Below, in pieces: positions 1 through 12,100 of a stretch of DNA of 64,000 nucleotides (within the stretch, counting starts at the first letter, position 1; each line of letters starts with the position of its first letter). The position numbers and the translations under genes are program-made. The stretch lies in NCBI RefSeq assembly GCF_000181795.1, contig NW_003526941.1, positions 11,148,161 through 11,212,160 on the forward strand. Direction: 5' to 3'. The notes beneath the pieces were generated by a model. That model saw only the letters and a program-made list of their open reading frames with translations. It was not told where the DNA came from and ran no database searches. The stretch comes from Trichinella spiralis. Taxonomy: Eukaryota.

Positions 1-24
1 CAAAAAAAAATTTGAAACCAAAAT

Positions 25-109
25 NNNCCGGCGGAGGCAAAAAGTTTGGCTGAATTCGCAAATAAACATATTGGTGCCTTGAATTTTCACTTTTGGTAAT
101 GACAGAAAN
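25..109. other. Ambiguous bases (low-quality or assembly-gap sequence)
   Basis: nnn at 25-27 and n at 109. Confidence 0.9.
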
Positions 110-926
110 ACCCGTTGAAAATCTAAATTATTTTATTTACGCAAATTTAATTGATTAATATATGATACAGAAATAAGAATAATTCAAAATAAAACGTTTT
201 ATTTTACATTTTTTCATAGTATCATGCATTATTTCCACTGTGTAAAATGACACCTATGCTAACAACCAATTTTGTCAAATATCTCATTAAATAATCAATT
301 GAGTATTATTGTTAGTTTGTGTAATAAATAATTGTACAATACTGTTCCCATATATGAAAAAAAGAATTCAATAATACGTTTGTGTTCCCTAGAGGCAGGC
401 CTTTGTTCTACTGAGCTTATATGCATATATCTTGAAAGATTAGAATAAATACCATGCATGGGTGAATTAGTTTGTTATAAATTGTTATTTTATTTGATTT
501 TCACCATTTGTAATCAATCATTTTGACACAAAACAACATTCAAAGCCATTTGCATAAGCGTCAAGTGAGTATAATGACCTGAACGAAAACTGATTCAAAC
601 AGCCGCATTCTTGGTATTGTTGAGAAGCTCAATGAATGATTGAGATCATGAACAGCATAGAAATCAATGAAATGACTGTTATTTCACGAAATCAAACATA
701 TTCAAGTCATACGATATACACTCAGGTATTAATAAATGTTGACAGCTACAGCTTGAGAAATTCAATTCTACTGGTCGAATAAATGAAATAACCTAGTAGG
801 AAACTAATCACTGGAAGATTTTATGTACATTTCAAACCGTCCTGAAAATCATAAAATCATAGAAGCTTTAAAAACTGGATGAGCTATATCCATTATGCAG
901 CTATTCATTGCTATAAATAATCGGTT

Positions 927-2051
927 GTGGCGAACCTGCGATGGCCACTTTTGCATTTTACCATACGTATTGACCATTTGACCGTTCGACCAGGAAGGTA
1001 TCGTGTGAAGATCAACTGGTTATGTGACGCGGAGAATGGTTATGCTCTGAAAGGTTTGTTATATGCTGGCAGAAGTAGTGAAGAACGCCGAATTGATCTA
1101 GCATGCACCAAAGTTGGGCAATTGGCACAGCCATTTGTGAATTCTAACAGAAACGTTTTATGGACCATTATTTTACATCATATTCTACTGTGCAACATCT
1201 TCTTGAGCATCGTCTTACAGCTATTGGTTTGCTGTGATGTTTGCGTAAAGCAGCACGACGTGATCCTTACTCGACATTAGCTGTTTATGAGCACATCAAA
1301 AAAAAATAACGATGATCAATTACGTGCCAAGGAAAAACAGCAATAATGTTTTTCTGTTGACTTCATGCCACACAAAGTTGAAAGTAGACAACCAGCAAGG
1401 TGACAAAAGACCGAACATCATGAATGACTATAATCTTGGCAAAAGAGGCGTGGACAGCATGGATGCAAGAATAGAAGATTTTTGCTGTATAAGAAAGACC
1501 AACAGATACATTATGCTGATGTTGTACTTCATCGTTGAGGTGTGCATCAAAAACGCATTCTTACTGATGAGCCAGCAGCAAAGTTATCAGAAGACAAAGA
1601 AAGAAGCGTTTTATGAAAGGGCTTTCAGCTCAACTGGTCAAAGAACACATCAAAATGAGATATCAAAATCAAAAATCTATGCACAACCTAAACATACATG
1701 CCTTCATCCGCTACAGACTGCCCCAAAATCATAAATGTTACAGATATCAGTTATAAAACGAAAAAAAACCCCTCAAAATGCCGAGAGCAAGGACGTCGAA
1801 AATCAACGTAAAACTGCTGCAATTCATGTAAAAAATATATACGTAGCAGCCATAAAATCACTAAAATATCGTGTAGCGCTTGAATTGAATAAAATATATA
1901 GTCTATTTGTAAAATTATCATTAGTTGTTGAAAAAATAATCATTTTAACATCATGTACAGGGACTAAACATGACAAAACTTCCTGTGTCTACATATGTAG
2001 ACAGGTGCCCGGATTAAGGTGTAAAATTTGCCGCCCGGATGAGAGAGTTAA
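927..2051 (+). mobile_element. Decayed piggyBac-family DNA transposon (transposase pseudogene plus probable right end)
   Basis: Frameshifted fragments carry piggyBac DDD transposase motifs: RPGRYRVKINWLCDAENGY..LYAG (927-1280), MDHYFTS at 1160-1180 in another frame, and VFLLTSCH...PNIMNDYNLGKRGVDSMD..RKTNRY..NAFLL (1312-1734). A degenerate Cys-rich C-terminal domain (KCREQG.RKST*NCCNSCKKYI.SSH) starts near 1776. The element ends ...GCCCGGATGAGAGAG followed by TTAA (2048-2051), the piggyBac target site. The left end was not found. Confidence 0.85.
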
Positions 2052-3157
2052 TTCAATGAAATGTTTTGATAATATATAAAAAATAAAGCCGTTTTTATTT
2101 ATATGCCTCGTCCGTCAACACATTGCAAACGTCAATGCATTTGCACCGTACTTAGTATTAGGCCAACCACCGATGAAACTAAAGCAAACCCATGGCACTC
2201 GAATAAAAATTTGCATGCAATTCAACAAGTCCTACCTACTGTGCCTGCTGTTCAGCACGTTGAGCAAACAACAGAAATTTCCACGACCGTCAACCAGAAA
2301 TCACAAAAACAGCACTATTTGACTTAGAACTTCACAATTTTAACCATTACAACATTCTCGACTACTAGATACCAATGGATTGATTTAAAAAAACCAATTA
2401 AATGAAATTTCATACATACATTAAAAGTTCAGGCTTGTGGCGACGAGCTACGGCTCCAGTGCGAACAAACGGCCATGCCATAATTGAAAATTTCCATGTT
2501 AACGAGACGGTTACTTTCCATTCCGTTGTAGGATTATATATAATTTTCGCTGCTATGCTATGCTTTCAATGCAAATTTATGTAGCAATTCAAAATTTTAC
2601 GACAAATAACAAAAAGAGATTACATAATTAATTTTTCAACAAGATATAAATAGAATGATCCCTGCAAATGGTACATTCTTCATCAACGATGCTTGATAAT
2701 AAAACAATACTGCTCATTTGATAATTTCACAAACGGATCGTTATTTATTCATCAATTTCACTGTGTTGCAAAACAATAAGTGGGATCAGTGAAAAATTAT
2801 AATTCATTGAAATTGATAATATTTCCATTAAAATTCTGGCAGCACCAATACAAATAGATTGAAAGAAAATACTGCGGCTCCGTAGAATCAGCATCATCAT
2901 CAATAATTTACGCCGCCATACTGCGCGTGTGCCAGAAATTTTAATTATTTATTATTCAGCCTTAAAAGGCAGTCATCAAATGTTACCAAAAAGAAGTGAT
3001 GCTGTAGACAAAAATGCACAGACGACAATAAAAAAAATGCTTTCGCATCGCCGGCAAGAAGTCACAGAGTCAAGATGAGCACGCATGTTCTGCCTCTTTT
3101 TTTGTTTAAAAAAAGAGCAGTTATTATTACTATTATAATATTCAATATTTTCCAAAA

Positions 3158-6100
3158 TCAACAAAGACCCATGCTTTTCAAATTTTTAGCTATGATCATG
3201 TCCAGACAAGCATCCAGAACGAATTGAACATTGTTCGTATCTGTTGCACAAGTGTGATGGCAATAAATTTCACGTTGAGCGTTACGATTCAGCTGCTCGA
3301 ATTTCCACTGAATGTAATTCACTGACTCACTATAATTTTGCTGACCTGAAAATAAAATGAACTATTGTATGATTTTTTTGGTCAATAATTAGCCAACTGG
3401 TTATTTATTAATATCCATATATTAAAAAGTCTACAGTTTATTACGTTAACAACATCATGCAAGAAATAGCGAAACGTTGCTGAAACAACACAAATCATAT
3501 AAAGATTATAAATTAAATTAAAAAATTAAAAGAATATTCTAATTATGTTTCTATCAAATCAAACCATACTGAAAATAGTGTTTTCAGAGAAAAAAAAAGA
3601 AACTGCTTGCCTGATAGATTGAATTATAATCGCGTGCTTTATTTTCATTAAAACCACTAACTAATATACCAAAAATGTAGACACACAAATTTATTGAACA
3701 AATTGCAACCAACCAATTGCAATTATTAATTAATAAGCAAATCAAATTTAATCAAAAATATAAATCACACCGTACCTTTGTATTCTGGAAAGCAAACAGT
3801 CAAAGGCGAGCGTCGAATTTTTTGCGCGAATAAATCTTTTTTGTTGAGAAATAAAATAAAATGTATATCCACGAACCACGGGCTGTTGCAAATTGAATCA
3901 AACAATTTCAACGATTCGTGCATGCGATTCTATAATAAATAGCCTCTTTAAGTAAAACAGTACAGCTTCCATGAAAATTTAACTAAAGAAGAAAAAAATA
4001 CAAAATAAAAAGAAAATTACTATTTTTGGAGAAATAATAAATTTAAAAAATAAACAAGAAAAAACTAAATTGAGAATATTTTTTGAAATTCGTTCAATTT
4101 CATAATTTATTGAAATTAGTCCTTTCATTCAAAATTGCTTACTGTAAAATTGTCTTCCCTCATTGTTTGATCGTATTCGCTTAAAGAAGAAATGAAAATG
4201 ATCGCGTTGACATTGTCAAAGCAGTGAATCCATTTTTTTCTTTCAGATCGTTGGCCACCGACATCAATAACCCTACAAATGACAGAATGGGGTTCAGTTT
4301 CAGAATATTGTTGTTGTTGTTGTTGTTCAACGTGGCACGTTGAGCTCGAATTATTACTATTATTGCACGAAAGAAAATTAAATAATAACAAGTTGCAGTC
4401 GCTGATAGTAAAATTAATCTGCACAGTGGATTTCTTCATTCGATAATGTTCAACTCAGATTATTAACTGTTCGTAATTAAAGACAATACAATTAATTAAA
4501 TCAGTTGAAAAGCAAGTTGAGCAGAATAGCATCCGTCGTCGGCCGGTGACAGACCCAAGCCAAACCGAGATAAATTAATAAACAAGAACAAATCAACAAG
4601 CTGAATTGTGACATAAAGTATGAAACGAATTTGGGTAAAAATTTGTACCTGAAGGTGAGACCTTTTAATTCGAATAGCACTTCGGTGATTCCGGTAGTTT
4701 TAACTCTGGTTCGTAGAATGTCTTGTTCGTTGGGCAAAAAGTCGGCGGTACTCAGTCGCGGCAAATCGTCCAAAAAGCTTAAATTAAATTATAGTCATTC
4801 AAATTAGGATTTATGACAACTATCGCGATTAAATTCGAAACTTTAAAAATCGTTTCAAGAAATAATTAATACAATCAAAAAGCTAAAATGAATAAGCATC
4901 GAAATGAAAGCGTACTATTTGGCCGAGTCGTCAATTTGGTACTCGTTGCTACGAGAATAGCAAGATTGAACACCGCCATCAGCCCACAACCTCTGCATTG
5001 CCTGCGAAAGACTTTCGCTGAAAGGCTCTGCGTCTCTTTGAGCATGAACAGTAGCATAGACAATTTGAGCATCTTTCTGAAATCATGAATAAAATTTGAA
5101 ATAATTTTCATTGTCTACTTTTCGTTTGATCAAAAATAAACAAAAATATTTTAATACCTGTCTTTCTGGATCAGAAAATTCAATGTTAAGCTGATACATA
5201 GCGCGTAGAACAGCCAACATTGCGTGCACTGTATTGCTATAGACAACCGGCCGAATCATTTCAAAATCATGCTGTGAAAAGCCATCTTTGTGCAAAATTC
5301 TGCAAACAATCACTATTATTAAAATTTCCATTAAACCACTGATAGGTGTTCTTGCTTTTTTTTAAAACAAATTCTCAAACAAGAATAATATCTGAACAGC
5401 ATATATTCTGAAAAACCCCATTGCAGAAAATCGAATGCAAGAATCGCAAGGTAGAAAAGAGAATTCTTTTCAGTCGCGTAAATTATTAACATATGCATGC
5501 ATATATATATGCTTATGGAACTGATAAAAACTGCAAGTTAAAAAATTAATATAATTCAAAAATCAATAAAATACATCAGCCATTCTCAAGAGAAATCTTT
5601 TTGTTTAAACAGTTGCAACAACTGAATCGATAATTTTGCGCTATTTCATAGAACGGTGCAATTTTTCAAACAAACAACATATGATAATTATACTGAGAAG
5701 ATAAAATTTTATAATTTAGAATATAACAATTTTAAAAAAAAATTTTAGATTATTTTATGCTACATTTCAATATAGAATACCCTACTCCACAAACACACGT
5801 GTATACTTGTATACATTTATTATTTGTAGGGAAAAGTGAACAAAAATTGTCACAGATTTTTTTGCTCGAAGGGAAAATGCATATAATCCGATAAACGATA
5901 AAATTATATATATATATATATATATATACATATATGTATATGGATATGCATAAGTGGAAAGCAGAAATTGGTTTAGTCGAAATCAATTTTCTCAACAATG
6001 ATGCCAAGCACCATCGAACAAGCCAAGCAAGCAGCAATCATTTTGAAAAATTAAAAACAACAACTCGATAGTGCATCCAAATGTGACAAAGTGACCAACT

Positions 6101-9100
6101 CTATTCATGTTCAATAAAACGAAAGACAACGAAAGCTTGTTGCCATTTTTTTTTGGAAATTGCTAATTTCCTTTCAACTTTGCACTACTACTTTGACGAG
6201 CTATTTGGCTGTTGACAAATTAATTCATTAAGAAAATTAAATAGCAAAAAAAAAACAAAATTCTTTTATTTTTGAGCAAAATTAATTCAAAATTAATTTA
6301 AATTTGAAAAGTGCTTTTAAATTCATTTGTCATTTGTTGTTTTGCGAAAGAAAATCAAATTAGCATAACCGTAACAATTTTTTTACCTTACTTTTTTCTA
6401 GCTTGTCATTATTTACACGAAAATGTGCAAAAGTTTTTCGTCGATCAATTCACAATTCTTACTCGATCGACTACGTGCGTAGCAATAAATTTAATATAAA
6501 AAAAGAAATTTCTTTTTTCTTAATATTAAAAAAATGCGTTCAAATGTAATAATGTATTTTCTTTTCCACAGCTGACGACGCCTACGTTTTTTGCACATGT
6601 TGCGCAAATATATTTCTTGACGGCTTACACGTGTGTATTTTTTAAACTTTTTACACAAAAAGAAAAATATTAAAACTAGCTGCCAACAGGATAGAGTTGA
6701 GAAGCCAAGAGAAGAGCGGAAAGAAGAGGGGGAGGAGGAGAAAAAGAAGTACAAAAATACATGCATATATATATATATATATTCTTTTTCACATCCACAT
6801 CCTCCTCCATTCAAATGAATGGACAACGTGAAAATCAATTCCACTTCCACCCACTGAAGAGGATGAGATGTGCAAAAGGGACAAAAAAAGAAAGCAAAAT
6901 TTACCACCAATTCCCCACAGTAAAATTACGAATACAAATTAACTTGGAAATAGTTCGCCTGGGTAATCATAATCATAATAATAATAAATAATAATACTGC
7001 ACTATATGTAAAGCAGTAAATTTGAAATTTCCAATTGGAACTTATCACAAACCGAATTGAGATGTTTTAAATAAAATGTACAAATCTTTCTTTGATAATC
7101 TGCCGACTAATTTTAACTGTTCATCTTGCTTTATTTACAGCAAAAGTTTGCATCTAAAGTGCTGAGAAAATTGTCTGCCAAAAAATGAGCAGGAAACAAG
7201 GGAGAGGGGGCAGGGGAGGGGAGGGGAGTGAGGAGGAGGAGGACAGACAGAAAGTTGATTTCACCATGCAAGCATGTTGATGACATGATGTTAGCTGAAT
7301 AATCACCGGTCGGTGCACAGGTTTACAACCGAAACCGTTCAATCAATACAGTTTTGCAAAGCAGGAAGCTAAGCTATAAGAAGGGGATCAATGCGTGCAG
7401 ACAAATTTTCATGAATGAACCAAGCTCTTCCATTCCCGTCGGGAAAGCGCCTTGTCCGCAGTCAGTTGAGAGGAAGCTTTTCACTTCCGTCCAACTACTC
7501 CAACAATGAACTCGGCCAGCATATTACACAATTTGACGCGAATTAAGAAGAAAGACTACGCAATTAGTTTTGATTAAAACAAGATCAATAACCAAAGAGT
7601 CAAGCAACAAACACATTGTATTGTCGTACGTGTGTACGTACTTCAATGGATCTCTGTCTGTGGATCCCCGTAAATAAAAATTATCCACAAAAAATCACAA
7701 ATTACAAATGAAAACATACTGAATAACGATTTTAAAAAAATTGAATTGAAATTATAATTATAACACGAATATTATTTAAAACAACAACAACAACAACAAA
7801 ATGCAACAATTTCATGCTTACTTCATTTGTTTCAGTATGGTGCTTTTCCCTGACTCACCGGCACCTGAAATGTAAAGCACATTCTATAGAAATAATTAGT
7901 GAGAAAAAAAAGCAATATATTATTTTTTTCAATATTTTTTACAAAGTTAAATAAATATTTGTTTTTGTCAATGATGCTAATAATTTTTTTCAATATTAGA
8001 AATAAACCAAATGTGATATGAATATATATACTTTTCGCATATTTTTCACATGCACATCTCTCAGACAACAACAACCGTCTGTTTGCTTGTTTGTTTGTTT
8101 GTTTGTTTGTTTTCTCACTCACTTTCCTCAGAGCTTACGTAATGGTTTTCAAAAAAGACACAAACATCTCTTGAGAATGCCGAATTCACCGGCCAGATCG
8201 ATTGCCTGGCGAATTTTATTCGGTCCCATCGAGACTTAACAAGCCGATAAAGCTTGACCTGCTACTCTTGACCAAAAATAAGAATGGGAAAAACAAGGAA
8301 AAATTAAGCAGAAGATATTTTCAGCAATAAAGCAAGCAAGCAAGCAAAGCATGCAGACAAGCAAAAGCATATAGCGTCGTCGTCGTCGTTTGTTCGTTTT
8401 CACTAACCAAACGTTCAGCTGAATCAGTTTAGCTGTTCTCTATCCAGACATGCCGCTTCAGTTTAAGCAAAACAAACCGCAAATCGATCGCTTAGTCAAG
8501 CAAACAGGTGCGCGACCAACGTCCAGCAGCTGCTACTACTGCTGCTAAGAGAAAATATCTGCTTATTCATTTTTATGTCTCCTAATTTGTGGGATAATTT
8601 TTATTTTTCAACTTCAACACATTTTTTCCACCTTTTTTCTCGCTATCCAAAAATTGAAAAAATATTTACCATAGAAAATTAAAAATATGATGAATTCTAA
8701 TCAAATTGAAATACATAGAGAGAGTATGTGTGTGTTTGTTGTTCTAACGCCAGATTGATCTATCCAATAACTGACAGCGAAGAGAAAAAGACGACAGTTC
8801 ATTGCGACGATCGAGTTAGTCATAAATTCGCATGATCAGCGGGGCAAAAACTGCTACCGTAAGCATTTAGCATTAGCAACAGTAGTAGTAGTAGCTTTTG
8901 CATGCATGGAATTTGCTGACAAAATGATTTTTGAACAACTTGATGTTTGTAAAAAAAATATTGTGCAGGTAAAAAAATATGAAAATTCAAATTTTCAAAA
9001 CTTTAAACTCAACACTGAAATTCGCAAAATAAAAAAACAGAATACAAGTATAAAATTATATCATACCAAGAAGAAGAAGCTTGATTGTTCGCAACGTGAC

Positions 9101-9184
9101 CGATTGGTCTTTGCGCATCTGATCTTCGATCTTCTTGTTCCGCTTACGAGCTTCTTTGTCCTCACGACTGGCGCAGTGACCCAT
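3158..9184 (-). CDS. gpa-7: Heterotrimeric G protein alpha subunit, GPA-7 orthologue (Gi/o-related), 8 exons, 354 aa
   Basis: Exons 9067-9184, 7822-7864, 5158-5299, 4916-5076, 4649-4777, 4143-4272, 3776-3929 and 3158-3345 all have GT-AG boundaries and sum to 1065 nt in frame. Motifs: MGHC N-terminus, [15 protein letters not shown]-loop, [25 protein letters not shown], and C-terminus [12 protein letters not shown], matching C. elegans GPA-7 as I recall it. Confidence 0.95.
7200..7226 (+). repeat. G-tract cluster (potential G-quadruplex) in gpa-7 intron 2
   Basis: GGGAGAGGGGGCAGGGGAGGGGAGGGG has five runs of at least 3 G with 1-3 nt loops. Confidence 0.55.
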
Positions 9185-12100
9185 CACGTCCGTTTTGGGC
9201 AGTGGATTTACTGCTCGGCTATGTGCAGTATAGTTGGAAAAGCGCCGTGTGAGTGGATTCTACTATGAAATCCAACCGCTCACATGGCGCCTCTGCCAAA
9301 ACCAACAAAGGTTTAAGTCCATTGTTTTTGGCCGGGCAGGTAAGATTGGAAACGAGCAGAAAAGTGAAATTAAAAAATAATGATAAACGTGAAAAAGTAG
9401 TGGAAGAAGAAGAAGAAGAAGATCGACGATTGGGCCGAAATGGAGAAAAAGTAAAAAGCAAGCAGCAAATTAATTGTCAACAGTGCAGCAACGGATGCGA
9501 CGAGTCGTTTTGAAAACAGCAAGCCAACACCAACCACATGAACAAAAATATGGCCAGCTGTGAAGAGTAGTTTTGGCTGAGAGAGGCAGAGAGGGAGAGG
9601 GGTAGAAAGAGACAAACAGAGAGGGAGAGACTGAACAGCTAAAAAAACGACCGTCAATTGCACCGCTGTGCAAAAGTAAAAAACAAAAAGTAGATGGGAT
9701 GCAGAATTCTACGTGTTCTTCTTGTGTTGTTGCGACAACCAGGACGATAATGGCGACAAACGACGACTGACGGACATCGATCGCACACGTTCACTAGCTA
9801 GGCAATGACGACTGCTGAATAACGGCCATTGAAACTTCACCAACTACACGGCGCAACTTTATCGACCGTGTGAATCGCAGCTAATGTTGTGACTGACGGC
9901 CGCCCTTCTCCAGCCAACGAAGCACACAACCCGTCGACTGCTTCTTCGAGCTTCGGATGACAGATGGCGCTCTAATCCGCTTCTTCAACCCCCCCCCCCA
10001 GTCCTCCCTCTGTTTTTCTCTGTTTTCCACTTTTACTCCTCCTCCTCCTCCTCCTCATCCACTCTGTTCGCTATCTTTCTTCCTGCTTCTGCTTGCCTTT
10101 GCTTACTTGCACACACGCATAAATTATACGCTTTATCTTTCATTTCTTGCTATTTTTTCTTGCACACACACGCACATACATATATATATATATATACACT
10201 TCTCTCTTCCTCCTTCTCTCTCTGTCTCTGTCTGTCTGTCTGTCTCTCTCACACACACACACACCTTGCCAGCATTCAGTTTCAATAAAACCCACACGAG
10301 AAGCTCATCAGCTTAGGCTCCGCAATAGAAAGCACCGTTGACCACACTTGTTAGTTCAGCTTTGCAAACAAACACAGTTGTCCAGGTCGGAAGTTAATTG
10401 AAAACCTTTAATAATGGCTGATTTGATTTCAAAATGCAATCCAACACAAATATCTATAAAAGGAAAGTTAATTTCTAATGTTTTAACTGGAAAAAAAGAA
10501 TTGTAATAAATAAAATAGTGACATTTTGAATGTGGATTAGAAAAAACAATTACAGTACATGAAAATAATTGCAACAAAGCAAAATATGCAAAGAATTGAT
10601 TACAACTTTCAGTTTTGTTCTAATTGGAATTTTAATTGATTTGTTCTTTTTATCATATTCTGCTTCGCTGCACCTTTATTGCTTTGATATTGAACGCTGT
10701 GCTTTAAAGCAGAGCGCTTGTTGCGTGCAGCCGAGTATCAATTCTTGATCTTGCACTTCGTACTTGATGTGCAGCATTAACAACCAAATTAAAGGTACAT
10801 AATTTGATAAAAAAAAAATTTTTTTTTCTAAATAATAAACATAATCCTCATTCTTGTGCTTTATAATGGGCCGTTTCTGCTAATAGACGGACGCTAGAAA
10901 TGAAACCAAATTTACAATTGTTGCACAGCATTGTTGACAGATATATTGTGTACAATTTTACCTAGCATCAATTGTGGTAGTTGTGGTAGTTGGCATTATT
11001 TTAATAATTCAAACAATTATTACCAATCTTTTGCAATTGAAAGTAAACAGAAGAAAAATTTTCAAAACAACTTATCGCTTCTGTTTTGCCAATTACTCCA
11101 TCACGCAGCATAGTGAATTTCAAGCATGCTTGAAATTTGCATACACATTCTCTCATTCAACTGATCAACAATTGTTATTTGGCAAATAATGATTTGCATT
11201 ATTTATTGGTTGAATAGAATGGAAAACGATTTGATACAATGAATGCAAAAGTATATTTCTGAAACAATAAAACAACAAGCGCAATGATTTTACAAGTTGT
11301 CTTGGATATAAAATGGCATTCAAATAAAAGTTGTTGCAAACAAATGTTTGCTTTCGAGTATGCTTTCTACACTGATAGATAGATAGATAGCTAAATAGAT
11401 AGTGAAATGACAACGCAGTTTATCATTGCAAAGCTAAGCCTTTAAAATCAATGATAATGCATTCTTAAAGTGTGATCTATGCAAAGTTTAGCAAATCCCA
11501 ATGGAAAACGAAACACGGCATGGATGAAAAGAAAATGTCGCCAAGGGGAAACGAGAATACAGACAGAAAAATAACTCCTTTCGAAAAATGGTAACCGAAT
11601 ATCACCATCTACGTCAGTTCTACTAGCGCAGCTGCCACTAGCGATCTAATGAATGATATGGCTTGTTTATTATAAAGTGAAACCTGAGAAACGCGCTTAT
11701 TCAAATTGAAACTCTAAAAATTGCCAATTTCTGATATATAATGTATAAAGTAGCTTCTTTCATTGACCATTTACAGTAACAGAACGCCAACGCAAATTAA
11801 TTCTTTTTCATCAATGTTTTCCATCAGATCAGGATTCTGTCAGAAAAATTCCAGTAACGAATACTGCCGACATCGAACTTGCTCTTGATTAACAGAAATG
11901 AATTTTTGGTATTTAAATTTAGAGTAGTCGGATGATTTTTTCAATCTTTACTCTATTGAAAATCAACTGAAAAATTTACAAGAATGACAGTATGAAAGAA
12001 AGAAATACACTAGCCTCTTTTTTACGTTCGGTTACAAACAAATTAAAAATACACAAAGTAAAAAGGATTTAAAATTAATTAAGTTTCGTCTATCAACAAT

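Noticed and set aside
28..50. CCGGCGGAGGCAAAAAGTTT as the left piggyBac TIR
   Set aside because: Only loosely similar to the reverse complement of the right end, adjacent to Ns, and no TTAA.
1735..2584. ORFs 1735-2079, 2103-2327 and 2402-2584 as genes
   Set aside because: The first is an off-frame reading over the transposase Cys-rich tail and element end. The others have no recognisable motifs.
8120..8230. ATGGGA.. and nearby donor-like sites in gpa-7 intron 1 as an alternative myristoylated first exon
   Set aside because: The frame hits TGA after 26 codons, before any donor, and has no G-alpha similarity.
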